Below the pieces are notes generated by a model. The model was given only the letters and a program-made list of their open reading frames with translations. It was not told the DNA's origin and made no database searches. Position numbers and translations under genes: made by a program. From positions 4,288,001 to 4,352,000 of the forward strand of contig CM000154.2 of assembly GCA_000004695.1 (NCBI GenBank): a stretch of 64,000 nucleotides of DNA, given 5' to 3'. Positions 11,544-25,758 of the stretch are shown here, one piece after another. Within the stretch, counting starts at the first letter, position 1. Every line of letters starts with the position of its first letter. This stretch comes from Dictyostelium discoideum (taxonomy: Eukaryota).

Positions 11544-13062
11544 ATGGTAAACATTGGTGGAACTCAAGAAAAATGTACTGCATGTGCTAAAACTGTATAC
11601 TTAACAGAAAAGATTGTAGTTGAAGATAAAGAAGATAAGAAAACTTTCCACAAATTATGTTTAAAATGTACTCACTGTAAGCTTACATTAAGTCTTGGTA
11701 ACTATGCATCATTAAATGGTGTATTCTATTGTAAACCACATTTCAAACAATTATTCGCCACCAAAGGTAACTACGATGAAGGTTTCGGTAAATCAAAACA
11801 TTCTGAAAAATGGACACCACAAGCCACCCCAACTGGTACTTGTAAGTTTAAAATTTTAAATATAATTAAATATATATAAAAAAAAAAAAAAATTAATAAT
11901 AATAATCTAACTTTTTTATTTTATTTTTTTATTTTTAAAAGCTTCATTCATTCCAGTTGAAGAATCAAAATCATCAGAAAAGAAAGAAACACCAACAACA
12001 ATTTCATCAAAATTCTCAGGATCAACTGAAAAATGTAATCTCTGTAATAAGACAGTATATTTAACAGAAAAGATTGTTGTTGAAGATAAAGAAGATAAGA
12101 AAGTATTACATAAACAATGTTTGAAATGTACACATTGTAGTGTTGTATTAAATCTTGGTACCTATGCATCAATGAAAGGTGTATTCTATTGTAAACCACA
12201 TTTCAAACAATTATTCGCCACCAAAGGTAACTATGATGAAAGTTTTGGTAACAACAAAGCCACCGATAAATGGGCACCACAAACCAACACTGCACCAGCT
12301 TCATTCGTTCCATTAGAAAAGACTGCAACCACTGAAAAGAATACCAACCAATCATCAAACCCAGATATTGCCAAGAAATTCTCAACTGGTAGTTCAGAGA
12401 AATGTCACGATTGTCAAAAATCAGTTTACCTCACAGAGAAAGTCGTACTTGAGGAATTGGAAAACAAGAGAATCTTCCACAAGGCTTGTTTGAAATGTAG
12501 TAAATGTTCAGTCATTCTCACCTTGGGTACTTTGGTTCAATTGGATGGTGTTATCTATTGTAAACCACACTTTAAAGAACTCTATGCCACTCAAGGTAAT
12601 TTAGATGGTGGTTTCGGTAAACCAAAACACTCTGAAAAATGGGAAAATAACCCATTCCCATATTTAGAAAAGGATAGCAGTTATGTACCATCCGTTGAAA
12701 AGGTTGAATCTCAAATGAATAATGCTTCATCTGAATCTGATGTTGATAGATTTAAAAATATTAACAATGATGATTCTGATAAACCAAGAAGACAACAACA
12801 ACCAGTTTCTCAACCAGAAGAAGAACAACAACAACAAGAAGAAGAAAAAGTTGAAGAACCAATCTCTGAAGAAGAAGAAAAAGTTGAAGAAAAAGTTGAA
12901 GAACCAGTCGCTGAACAAGAAGAAGAAAAGGTTGAGGAACCAGTTGTTGCTGAAGAAGAAAAAGTTGAAGAACCAGTTACTGAAGAAGAAAAAGTTGAAG
13001 AACCAGTCGTTGCCTCTGAAGAACCAGTTGAAGAAGAAACAAAAGCTGAAGAAGAAAACTAA
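11544..13062 (+). CDS. Three-LIM-domain protein of EPLIN/LIMA1 type with an acidic C-terminal (EEKVEEPV)n repeat region, about 472 aa. Exons are 11544-11841 and 11942-13062.
   Basis: Three copies of C-x2-C-x20-H-x2-C-x2-C-x2-C-x17-C-x2-H followed by [17 protein letters not shown]. There is a GTAAGT donor at 11842 and a tttttaaaAG acceptor at 11940-11941. Phase 1 is restored to a TCT codon, which joins ORFs 11544-11879 and 12121-13062 in frame. An alternative acceptor at 11955-11956 is also in frame. Confidence 0.75.
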
Positions 13063-13493
13063 ACTTAAATTTCTCAACGCAAATAATTTTCAACATAAAA
13101 AAAAAAAACAAAGAAATATATAAAAAAAAAAAAAAAAAATAAGAAAATTGTATAAATTATCACAATACCAAAAAAAAAAAAAAAAAAAAGAAAAATGTAA
13201 TTGTAACAACAAATAAAATTATTTATATAAAAAAAAAAAAAAAATAATAATTTATATATTTATAAAAAAAAAAAAAAAAAAAAATTTATTGTTTAATTCT
13301 TTTTTTTTTAATAATTTGTGATTAAAAATACAGGTTTGATTAAATGTTTATTTGTATAAAAAAAAGATAAAAAAAAAATATTATCTAATCAGTTTTTTTT
13401 TTTTTTTTTTTTTTCCTATAAATTTATTATTTAATTATTTTATCGATATTAAAGTATAAAAATATAAAGTAATGAATTATAAATAAATATTAT

Positions 13494-14722
13494 TTATAAT
13501 TCAAGACTTGTATCACCTGGACAATTTGTATCAATAGTTTCAATGATATTAGCATATGATTGCCAGAGTGATTTATTAATGAAACAAGCTGAACCACCAC
13601 CTCTTTTAAATTGAGTAAACATTCTATTTACATCACCAATGCAAATATAATAATCAGCTTCATGAATTGAAAGAGCATATTTACTATGATCTTTTGTATA
13701 TTTCCAATTAACTGTACCCTCGGTTGGATCATCAAATGAAAATGTTAATGTATTAATACTATCATATGTAAAATTACCACCTGAACAATATGTTGGCATC
13801 TAATAATAATAAATAAATAAATAAATAAATATAATTATGTTAATTTTATTATTATTATTATTTTTAATTTAATGTTTTTTTTTTAAAATTTTATACATAC
13901 AACTGAAGCTTTTGAACCTAAACGCCATGAAGTTACAACCATATTTTGTTTAAGAGTTGATTGAATTAAATCTTCATAAAGATCTTTATCCCATGCAGCA
14001 TTTTTAGCGAAAACTTGGAAAGAATTACCACCGATTGAAGTGAGGATGGTTGAATCAGTACGTGGTGAATCATCAAATTCACCTTTAATAGTTTGTTGAA
14101 TTAAAGATAATTGTGGAAGATTAATTTTTGATGGTAAATTATAAGCATAGATGAATGGTCTATTTATAAAGATTTTATTGGCAATATCAGCAAAACTACT
14201 TGAAGCTTTATAAGTTACACATAAAAATGATTGACCATTGTTTACTTCATTCTTTGGGAAATAATAATCTTCATGATTTGGATCATGTGGGAAACGAGGT
14301 ACTGAATGAATTAACCAAAATCCTTGAGTGCTATCAAATGCAACGACACCTTTACTATGAGCATACTCTGAATCGGCTTCGTCGGTTGGTGGTTGATCAT
14401 TATACATAAACCATGCTAAATCATTGCTTTCCTTATTTGAATAAATTAAATTCAATGTATGTGATAATGAATTTGTATCATTTAATGTGTTTGTTGGGAT
14501 TTTCCATGTAGGATTCTTTGAATCTGCATATAAATAACCTAAACCTAATTTATATTTTGTATCTGCTGGCATCGATGATACAACTGGTTGCTTTTGAATT
14601 ACCCACCAATCAACACTTTCACCTTGATCATTTAAACATTCAATAGTTGTTGATTTTAATCCATCAATTGAATTTATTAATATAATTACAATTATTAATA
14701 ATAATAAAATTAATTTATTCAT
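13494..14722 (-). CDS. Deoxyribonuclease II family protein, secreted, about 375 aa. Exons are 13901-14722 and 13494-13799, with an intron at 13800-13900.
   Basis: N-terminal signal peptide MNKLILLLLIIVIIL. DNase II motifs are present: HSKG, GFWLIHSVPRFP, and a second HxK (KDHSKYALS) in the downstream exon. There is a GTATGT donor after ...KASV and a ttattattAG acceptor before ATGCCAACA. The junction is phase 0. Confidence 0.8.
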
Positions 14723-14818
14723 CTCTTTTTTTTTCTTTTTTTTTTTCTACCTGGAAATATGATTTAAAAAAAAAAAAAAAAAAAAAAATTCTAAAAATAA
14801 ATTTTATGTAATAAAAAA

Positions 14819-14850
<32 letters not shown>

Positions 14851-15635
14851 TAAAAGGGAGATAAAAAAAAAAAAAAAAAGAAATATAAAAATTAATATGT
14901 GTTTAGAAAATGTATAAAAAAAAAAAAAAAAAAAAAAAACCACTTTTTTTTTGATCACACTAAAATATTTTGTGATGGTTTCATACTTTTTTTTTATTTT
15001 TTTATTTTATTACACAGGCAACGTTTGTTGGCTTGGACAAAAAAAAAAAATCAGCAAAACTACTAACAACCGGTTATGCCGAAGAAATTTTAAAAAAATA
15101 AAATTTTATTTTTTTTTGTTTGAAAATTAATTAATGATTTTTTTTTTTTGGCCAAACATCAGCCCTTGTCCAAAAATGAAACCTCTTTTGAAAAATTTGA
15201 TGTGTACAAAAAAAAAAAAAAGATTATTATATTATTACTATTTACAATAAAATTATTTTGAATAAAAAGAAAAAAAAAAAATCTTTGATTTTTGTGAAAG
15301 TTTGAACTAGAATAAAATAAAAAAAATAAAAAAATAAAGATAATTAATTTATAATAAAAAAAAAAATTTAAAATTTTAAAAAAAAAAAAAACAAAATAAA
15401 AAAAATTATAAAAAACAGATATTAATTTTAAGTTCTATTATATTTTTTAAAAATAAAAAATAAAATAAAATAAATAAAAAATTAGTAATAGTTTTATAAA
15501 GTGAGAATGTCATTTTCAGATTTTTTTTTTTTTTTTATTTTTCTGAATTTTTTTTTTATTTTTTTTTTTACCTTTTATTTTTTTTTTTTTTTTTTAGTTA
15601 ATGATTTTTTTTGATCAAAATAAAAAAAAAAAAAA

Positions 15636-16797
15636 ATGAAATTTATTAAAATATTATTATTTGTCTTAGTAGTATCTTATTTTAATTATAACAATGATAA
15701 AGTTTTATCATTCATTTTAAATTCTTCATCATCTTCACCACCACAAGATTTTATATTATCAATTTCAACATTTGGACCTGTGGGCGAAGAAAATTTAAAA
15801 CAAATTTTATTAATTAACCCATGGACAAATTCTACAAATAAATTAATTTCAAATTCAACAATTAATATTCAATATGATATTCTTGATATTTTATTTGTTG
15901 ATTTTACTCAAAATACTGTAATTAATTAATTAATTAATTAATTTATTCAAATTTAATAATAATAATAATAATTTTTTTTTTTTTTATTTATTTATTTAAA
16001 AAAAGGTAGTTTTATTATGTGAAAATGAAATAAATGAATATTTATTAATATCATTAGAAAATATTAATAGTGAAACACCAACTATATCATCAATAAGTTC
16101 AATAAAGAGTAATATAGATGAAAATGAATTTTCATATACATTACAAAAATACATATTTAATTATAAAATTGGTTATTTACCAATTGAATTAAAATCAAAT
16201 CAAACTTTTTATATAATGGAATTAAATTTTCCAAATGGTGAAGTTAATTTCATTGATTTGGAAACACCAAATATTGATATTGAAATCAATCAACAACAAT
16301 TAATTCAAGGATTTGATTATACAAATAAAATAATGTACATTTCTTATAAAACTAATAATAATGAATTTAATTTAATATCATATAATCCAATTAATGCAAC
16401 GAATACACAAAGAGTTTATCAAACAATTACAAATATTGAAACAGAGGTTAATATGATATTTACAGATAGTTTAAATCGTGGTGATATTTATATGATAACG
16501 CCAGATTCTGTTAGTTTAAATTTAACAATTTGTAAATTAAATTTTAAAACATCAACTTGTGATCAAATTCTTATCACATCATTAAACATTGAAATTGTTA
16601 ATAGTGAATATCACTTTTTACCATACTTTTTAAACCAAGATAAATCATCATTGATTTTATTATCAATTGTTGATAATGGTAATCTAAATATTGAAATCTT
16701 TGATATTAATAATAATTTTACAAGTATTAATATTATTATTCAATCAGGTCAATGGTCAAATTCTAAAGATTTAATTTGGTCTAAATTTGCATTTTAA
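15636..16797 (+). CDS. Hypothetical secreted, N-glycosylated protein of about 358 aa. Exons are 15636-15917 and 16006-16797, with an intron at 15918-16005.
   Basis: Signal peptide MKFIKILLFVLVVSYF. There is a GTAATT donor at 15918 and an aaaaaAG acceptor at 16004-16005. The frame is open from 16006 and is continuous with ORF 16216-16797. There are many NxS/T sites. Confidence 0.6.
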
Positions 16798-17580
16798 AAC
16801 AATAAATAAAATAAAATAAAATAAAAAATAAAAAAATATTGTGAAAAAAAAAAAAAAAAAAAAACAAAAAACAATTACTACCACACTACACTACAAAAAA
16901 AATAAAATAAAATAAAATAAAAAAAAAAACAATTACTAATAGATTTAATTAATAATAAATAAATAAGGTTATTGAAATGTCTCGACTACAAAACAACAAC
17001 AACATAGGAACTGAAAGATTTTCAAAAAGTTAAATTGTTTCCAATTATAATATTTTTAAAATATTGGCTATTAATTAATATTAATATATTATTATTATTA
17101 TTATTTTTTTTTTTTTGTTGTTCCTCAAGATTGGTTTTTATTATTTTTTATTATTTTTTTTTTTGTTGGCCCAGGATAGGGGAACTGCGAAAATAAATAA
17201 AAAAAAAAAAAAAAAAAACGTTTTTAAACATTTTTTTTTATTTTTTTTATTTTTTTTTTATTTTTTTCATATGTGTTTTTAAAAGAAAAATAATTTTAAC
17301 CAAAAAAAAAAATAAAAAAAATAAAATAAAATAAAAATAAAAATAAAATAATAAGTGAATTTAAACACTAATAATTAATAATAATTATAATAATAACAAT
17401 ACATATATGTATTTTTTTTTTTAAATTAAAAAATTAAAACAAAAAAAAAAAAAAAAAAAAAAAAAAAGAAGTTCTTCAATTTTTAATATATATCCTTAAA
17501 AAAACAAACAAATAAATAAAATAAATAAATAGAATAAAATAAAATTGAAAATATAAAAAAAACAATCTTTGTTTATTAGT

Positions 17581-18229
17581 ATGAATAAAAATGAAATATT
17601 ATTTTGGAAAATATGGAGAAATAAAGTAATTAGAGGGTATTTATTAAAATTTTGTTTTGATTGTAAATATAATAAATTTAAATATAATCAAGTTATATCA
17701 GTTGAATGGTTAATTGATAATGGTTATATAAATATTTTAAAAGAAAAAGTTAAAAGGAATGAATATTTAGTATTTGGAAATACATATATACAAAGTAATA
17801 ATAATGGTATTGGTGGATATTATGATTATAATTCTTCATCTTCCTCCTCCTCCTCATCCTCCTCATCAACAACACCAACTACAACAACATTAACAAATGA
17901 TGAAGAAGCATTTATAAAAAAAGTAAAAAGAAAACTTTATCTCTCAATTAGTGATGATATTCATTTTTATACATCACTTTTTAAAAATTATCCAATCTAT
18001 TATAGTGTTGCATTATTATCATCAACGACTACAGAAAGTAATAAAAAATTAAAGAAACAATTAATCAATACAATGATTGAAACTCGTTGTTTAGCAGGTT
18101 TAATAGTATTATTAAAAGAATATAAATTTCAAATAACTGAAAAACAATTAATAAAATCGATTCAATCCCAATCATTTTTAATTTCAAAATTTATTTTTAA
18201 AAATTATTTTGAAATTATTACTATAAATG

Positions 18230-18307
<78 letters not shown>

Positions 18308-19230
18308 TTAATAATAATAATAATTTAGAAAATTCAAATAAAATTTTAATTTTAAAACCAAATAAAATATGGAAAAAAGTAATTAGTAAAGATTATGATA
18401 ATAGTATTAATGGTGGTATTGATTGTATTAATTCAAAAGAATTTACAAGAAAAGTATTATTTTTAATAAAAACTATGAAATTAAAAATACCAAATGAATT
18501 TCAATCTATTCAAACTGGTTATAGTATAAATGAATCAATATGGGATTATAAATTATTAGATTTAATTAATTCATGTGAATTAATTAATTATTTAGAGAAA
18601 CCATTAAAATCATTTATAAAAAATATTTCACAATATAATGAACGTTCAATTAAATATATTCAAACAAATTTTTCAAAACAAATGATTCAATCATTCTTAA
18701 AAGAACCAATTAAATTAATTTCAAATGAAAAAATTAATCAAATTAAATCATTATTTAATGAAAATCAATTAAATTTAAATTTAAATGATTTATTAAATAA
18801 TATTAATAATACCAATAATAATAATACCAACAATAATATCAATTTATTTGAAGAAATTAAACAATTATTTCAAATGATATTACCATTTATGTGTATTAAT
18901 TTTGTTTATTTTGAAAATTATATTTATTATTGTATAAAGTTTACAAATAAATTAACAGAATTTAATCAATTTAGAAATTTACATGAATCACAATTAATTA
19001 TTAAACATCAAATCAATGAAAAACAAAAAATTAATAAATACTTATACTCACTAAAAGATTCATTCTTACAATGTACTGACCAATCAAGGAAATTAGAAAT
19101 TAATAATATTATATTAAAATTATTCTTTCAATTTATTGAATTAAATGAATTGGATTCTTTAAAATTCTTATTTCCATTATTAATAAATTCAAATAATTAT
19201 TTTTCAAATACTAATAATAATAATATTAAT

Positions 19231-19265
<35 letters not shown>

Positions 19266-20334
19266 ATTACCAAAATTATTAGATAAAGTAATATCAAAAG
19301 AAGTTTTTCAATTTTTATATTCCCAAATGAAAGGTATTATAAAGAATGAATTAAATTTAAGATCATTATTAGAGAAGAATTCAATTATTATTAAATATTT
19401 TAAAGAACTTTATCCAATTGATTATAAAATTAAATTTCAAAAAGAATATATTGATTTCCAATTAGATGCATTCACATTATTATCAAATTCATCATTATAT
19501 AAAAGTTCAAAATCAAAATTTAAAAATAATAATTATAATTTTAATGTTTATGGTAATAATAATAATATAAATAATAATAATAAAAATAATAATAATAATA
19601 ATATTGAAGAAACTATTGAATTTATTTTTGATAATATTTTAGAATTTAAAGAAAGGTATCCAAAATTAGTTAATGAATTAATACCAATTTGGTTTGATAA
19701 TCCAAATGAAAAGTTATCATATAAACAATTTAAAATTTTATTTAAAATTTCAAGAGATTTAGATAGTCATCATTTTCAAGCTCATCATCCACTATATATT
19801 GAAAATACAGTTAATGAGAGAGTTATCTTATATAAATATTATACAAGTACAAGTTTACAATCTTTGGAATTTAAATTATTTGGTAATAATTATGACTATG
19901 ATGATGATGACGTTGGTAGTAGTTGTTGTGGTGGTACTGTTGATGATGATGATGATAATAAAAATAATTTAGATTTGTTTTATTTAGATTCAAGATTATT
20001 ATTATCAGTAATTGCAAGACATGCAGATTTAGAAACTATATCAATGATTTTATCAAAATTTTATCCAAAGGAAATTTTAACAATAGAGAATGATAGTAAT
20101 AGTGGTGGTGGTATAAATAGGTTGAAAACTCATGATTTTGATGTTCTTTTCTTATATGCATCATTATTTGGTCAATTACAAGTTTTTAAGTTTATTCAAA
20201 AGAATTATCCATTTTTATTTTTAAATGATACTTCAAATACTTTTAATTATTGTTTACATTTAGCAAAAAAGAATCAACATTTAGAAATCATTGATTTCAT
20301 TACTAGATTAAATAAAAATCAATTATTCAATTAA
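17581..20334 (+). CDS. Large Asn-rich hypothetical protein of about 917 aa, family member A, paralogous to 58812-61692 and 61868 onward.
   Basis: Single exon. The N-terminus (NEILFWKIWRN...VISVEWLIDNGY) and the C-terminal region (ASLFGQLQVFKFI) are shared with the two downstream paralogues (EILFWKLFRN...SVEWMIRNNY; CSIFFGQLKMFEYI). The ATG at 17581 is the preferred start; the track ORF begins at an upstream TTG. Confidence 0.65.
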
Positions 20335-21019
20335 TTTAAATTTTTTTTTTTTTTTTCACACAACTAGGTAAAAGTTAATTATTTTTTTTATTTAATTTTT
20401 TTATTTTACTTTAATGATGTTTTTTTTTTATATATATTTATGTTTTATTATTCAAATAATTTTTTTATTATATATTTTTTATATTTTTTTATTTTTAGAC
20501 ACTGCTACCCCACCTCACCCCCAAATTTGAACAAATAATAATAATTATTTTTATTTTTATTTGTTCAATGAAAGTTAAAATATCCAAAATAAAATAAAAA
20601 AAATAAAAAAAAAACTATCAAACAAATCAATATAAATAATAATTAAATATAATAGAAATTTAAATTATTACATAATAATTTTATGATTAGATATCAATTC
20701 AAAAATTTTATTTTTTTTTTTTTTTTTTTTTTTTTTTTATCCCTTTTTTTTTATTTTTTATTTTTTATTTTTTCAATGAAAATGAAAATTAAAATATCCA
20801 AAATTAAAAACTATACAAATCATCATGTAAATAAATAATAATTAAATAAAATAGAAATTTAAATTGTTAGATTTATAATTTTAAGGATGCATACAAAATC
20901 ATTATTATTAATATTATTGATTTAAAAATTTTTTTTTTTTTTTTTTAAATCATTTTTAAATCATTTTAAAAGATTTTATTTATTTTAATATCCCAAATTT
21001 TAAAAAGTTTTTTTTTGTG

Positions 21020-21039
<20 letters not shown>

Positions 21040-21050
<11 letters not shown>

Positions 21051-21260
21051 AGGCGCAAATGAAAATTTTTCTGGTTGGTCAAAGACACAGGGAAAGTTTT
21101 TTTGACAATTATTTTTCTTTTTTTTTTTTTTTTTTTTTTTCATTTCAGATTTTCTAACTATTGCCTAACATTTATATAACTGACCACTAGTTTTTGTTTA
21201 TTTAATAAATCTTGGTTATCGAAAGCACCAAGCAAATGATTTTTTTTATTATTAACAATT
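21040..21260. repeat. Dispersed repeat copy X, sharing aactgaccactNgtttttgtt ... ccaagcRaatgaWtttttttt with copy Y at 23225-23400.
   Basis: Pairwise comparison of the two segments gives about 60 bp of interrupted identity in the same orientation. Confidence 0.4.
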
Positions 21261-22279
21261 TCATATTTTAAAAACGTTTTAAAATTTTTTTTTTTTTTTA
21301 TTGATTTAAATAAATAATTTTAATTAAATATATAAAAACAATTATATACTGTGTTGTATATAAGTTGTAAAAATTAATTCATTCCAAAAATAAAAACTAA
21401 AAAGTTAAAAAATAACAATATTTTATTTTTATTTTTTTTTTTTTTATTGGTATTTTAATAATTTTTATTTTATTTATTCGTTTTTTTCCATATTTATTTA
21501 TTGCTATTATTATTTTTTTTTTATTACCTAATTATGAAAAATTAAATATACAATTATTAATAGTAAATATGAATGTATTTTGACTTTGTAAACTTGAAAA
21601 ATTTTGATAACTGATATTTAATTGAATAAAATAATTATAATTGAAAAAAAAAAATTGTGCAAGTAAAGAAAATAATTTAAATGAATAAAATAGTAATAAA
21701 AAATCATTTAGCAAAAAAATAATTTCCTTTTTTGGTTTGAAAATAAAGATCCACTTAAAAATCAAATATCCATATTATGATGTGGGTGGGTGGTGTATAT
21801 GTGTGATATATAAAAAAAAATAACTTGTTTTTTTTAAATTGGTGTATGGTTAAAAAAAAAAAAATAAAAAATAAAAAAAAAAATAAAAATAATAAAAATA
21901 ATAATAATACAAAATTTTTAAGCGTTTTTGTGGTGTGTGTGTGTGGAAAAAACAAAAAAAAAAAAGTGGTAGTTTACACCTAACATAAAAACAATGATAT
22001 AAACTGAATTAAATTTTTAAAATATTAAAAATATAATATATAAAAAAAAAAAAAAAATTAAAAAATAAAAAAAAAAATATAAAAAAAAAAAAATTAAACA
22101 ATAATATAATAAATATAAACCATTTATAATTGTAATTTTTATATTTAAGGTATAGTTTAAAAATTAAATATTTAAAAACTAAAAATAAAATAATTATATA
22201 TTTATATAAAATTAAATTAAATTAAATTAAATTAAATAAAATAAAATAAAATAAACAAAATAAAATAAAATAAAATAAA

Positions 22280-22895
22280 ATGATACAATCTACAAACACA
22301 AACACTCCTTTACCATATGAATTAGTAAGTTTTTTTTATTTTTTTATTTTTTATTTTTTTTTTAATAATTATAAAAAAAAAAAAAAAAAAATCAAATAAA
22401 TCAAATAAATTTAATAATCAAATAATTTAATTTTTAAAATAATTAGATAATTAATTTTATGATTAGATAAATAAACATTTAATATTAACCATTCAAATTT
22501 CTTTTTTTTTTTTTTTTTTTCTTTTTTTTTTTTTGGCTTTTTTTTAATATTATGAACCAATGAAATGGTTGAATAATTTTTTTTTTTTTCCTTTATTTCT
22601 AAAGAATTTAAAAGCCACTAGCGATATATATAATACAATTTTTAAACCAAAAGAAAGACAAGGCAGATATTTCATAATTTCAAAATATGATTGTAATAAT
22701 TCAGTTGATGATGTTAAAATGTTTGATATGGATATCTTGGAATATTATCCAATTGAATTAAGTATGCAATATTTATTGAACAAATATCCAAACTTCAAAA
22801 TTCATTATTTTTTATTAATAAAAGACTATCAATATTATCTTTACGATAAAGACTGTGCCCCCTTAGAAATTCAACCAGTGATTAAATTTAACTGA
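22280..22895 (+). CDS. Small hypothetical protein of about 111 aa. Exons are 22280-22324 and 22605-22895.
   Basis: ATG at 22280 follows an (AAATT/AAAAT)n tract. There is a GTAAGT donor at 22325 and a ctaaAG acceptor at 22603-22604, and the junction is phase 0 into ORF 22560-22895. The 280-nt intron is long for this genome. Confidence 0.45.
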
Positions 22896-23049
22896 AAATA
22901 ATATCTAAAAAAAAAAAAAAAAAAAGGTTTACATTTACGTGTTTGTAAAAAAAAAAAAAAAAAAAAAAAAAGAAAAAAAAATCAAAAAAAAAAAAAGTTT
23001 AAAATACTATCACATTGAAAAAAAAAAAAAAAAAAAAGGATTTTAAAAT

Positions 23050-23094
<45 letters not shown>

Positions 23095-23224
23095 AAATAT
23101 TAAAATATCTTAAATAAATGGTTAATCATAAAGCAAATTTCAACCAAATTGGTTGCAAATATTTGCATGTTTAATAAAAAAAAAAAAAAAAAAAGTTTAA
23201 AAAAGAAAAAAAAAAAAAAAAAAA

Positions 23225-23400
23225 ATTTTATTGAGAAAAATTTGAAAAGTCTAAAATCTTAGTGTTTTAGGACACTCGTTTGCAAATTTTTTTTTAAACT
23301 TTCAAACTATACACCACAATTTTTTCAAACTGACCACTCGTTTTTGTTTTTTTTTTGGTCCTAGCTTATCAAGTACCCAAGCGAATGAATTTTTTTTTTT
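23225..23400. repeat. Dispersed repeat copy Y, related to 21040-21260.
   Basis: Shared motifs as described for copy X. The two copies lie in direct orientation and flank the 22280-22895 gene. Confidence 0.4.
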
Positions 23401-24003
23401 TATTTTTTAGTTTTATCTCACTTTTTTTTTTTTTAAATTTTTTTTTTTTAATGATTTAAAAAAAAAAAGCCACCAATGAATTAAAATATCTCAGTTTGAA
23501 TGAGTTTTATCATCATAATTTCATTTGCTTTTCTCAAAAAAAAAAAAGCCACGTAAAAAAATGGGAACAGTTGCTTATAATAATTAACCCAATAGTCTTG
23601 GACATACAGGAAATGAGAAATAAAATAATTTTCCCAAGATTTATTAAGCATCTTTGCATCAAAAAATACAACTCGTCCATTGCAAAAATTTTGATTTCAC
23701 ACAGAAAAATTAAAAAAAAAAATCAAAAAAAATAAAACTTTTTTTAAATGGCTTGATCGACGACCGAAAAAAAAAAAAATGGCTAAGCGGATTGGTTTTT
23801 TCCAATTAGATAATTTTTTCCAATAACCTTTTTTTTCCTATTATTATCAGCTTTCTTAGTAGTTTAAGTGAGGAGAATAGTTTTTTAATTTTTAGACTGT
23901 GGACTATAAAAATAAATCTTTGTGCAATTTTATTTTAAACAAAACACAAGCTCAAGTGAATATCAAAAAATAAAAAAACAAATAAAAAAAAAAAAAAAAA
24001 AAA

Positions 24004-24239
24004 ATGATTTCTTCAAAATTAAATAATAACTATTACAATAATCCATTTACTTTTAATAATAATTCAAATACAATTTCAGTTACTCAAAAAGAAGCTTTAA
24101 AGAAAGTAAGTTTAATTTTTTTTTTATTTTTATATCTTAAATTTATTAGATTTATTAATAATAATAATAATAATAGAAATAAATCAATAATTAAATAATT
24201 ATATCTTAAAAATTCTAACAATTTATTATTTTAAATCTT

Positions 24240-24273
<34 letters not shown>

Positions 24274-24493
24274 CTTCAGACCATTAAAGAGGCTGCTGTT
24301 TTAACTGATATCGCTTTAGTAAATTTAAATAATGATGGCCCATCATTAGAAATCTCTGCATTAATAGAATCAAAATGTAAACAACTTTACGAATACTCAA
24401 CAACAAATACAATAACAATATATAATTTGTTGAATTATAATAATAATAATAATTACAATAATATAAACAGATATAACAATAATAATAGTCCTA

Positions 24494-24559
<66 letters not shown>

Positions 24560-25332
24560 GTAATAATAATAATAATAATAATAATATTAATAATAATAAT
24601 AATAGTAATAATAACAATATTAATAATAATAATAATAATAATAGCGAAAATAACTGTAATAATAATTTCAATGTTAATAAAAATTTAGACAACGATAAAT
24701 ATAATAATAAATCTTGTAAAAATAATAATATTAATAATAATAACAATAATAATAATAATAGCGAAAATAAAGAAAAAAATAATATAAATAATAATAATGA
24801 AAAAGAAAATAATGAATATAATAATAATAGATCAGCATCAACATCACCAGTAATCAAAAGAAGTAAATCATTATCACCAATCCTTCAATTCGATAAAATT
24901 GATCTTGAAGAAGAATATACAAGTGATTATGATTACTCTGATGGTTCAAATGAAAGCTCCTCTCCAACTTTATCAGCATCTACATTATCAAGTGAAGATT
25001 CTAAACCAAAGGTTCTTAAAAGAGGTAGAGGTAGACCTTCAAAACCAAAGCCAGTTCAATGTTTTTCTTGTTTCCGTAGTAATACTCCAGAATGGAGAAA
25101 GTAATTATCTCTTTTATTTATTTATTATTTTTATTATTATTATTTATAATTATTTAATTAAATGTATACTAATAATTTTTTTTTTTTTTTCTTAATTTTC
25201 TACAGGGGTAAAGACAAAGATGGAAATGTTATTGACCTTTGTAACGCATGTGGTTTAAGTTATATGAAATATATAAAGAAAGCTAAAGAATCAAAAGATA
25301 AACTTAGTATAAATAATTTAATTAATAAATAA
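24004..25332 (+). CDS. GATA-type zinc-finger transcription factor with a long poly-Asn tract. Exons are 24004-24105, 24280-25100 and 25206-25332.
   Basis: CFSCFRSNTPEWRK | GKDKDGNVIDLCNACGL reconstitutes a C-x2-C-x17-C-x2-C GATA finger across an intron (GTAATT donor at 25101, tacAG acceptor at 25204-25205, phase 2). The first intron has a GTAAGT donor at 24106 and a ttcAG acceptor at 24278-24279, phase 0. Confidence 0.75.
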
Positions 25333-25361
25333 ATCAATAAATTAAAAAGTTTTTTAAATAC

Positions 25362-25403
<42 letters not shown>

Positions 25404-25700
25404 AGGTCTTTTTTTCTCAAAGTTTTTGGCTCTGATTCAAATAATTTTTCAACAATGCTCCAACCGATGCTAAGATTTAAATAACATTATTTCCTATATA
25501 TATATATAAAGCGTTTAAATTTTCAAATAATATTTCTCTTTTTTTATTTCCAACCCACACAATTTTTTTTTTTTTCTTTTTTTTTTTAAAAACAACCAAA
25601 CTTATGTGATTATTATTATTATTAATTTTTTTTAACCCAAATAAATTTGTCTCTTTTATATTTAATTTAATTTAATTTATTTCTATTATTTAATTTATTT

Positions 25701-25751
<51 letters not shown>

Positions 25752-25758
<7 letters not shown>

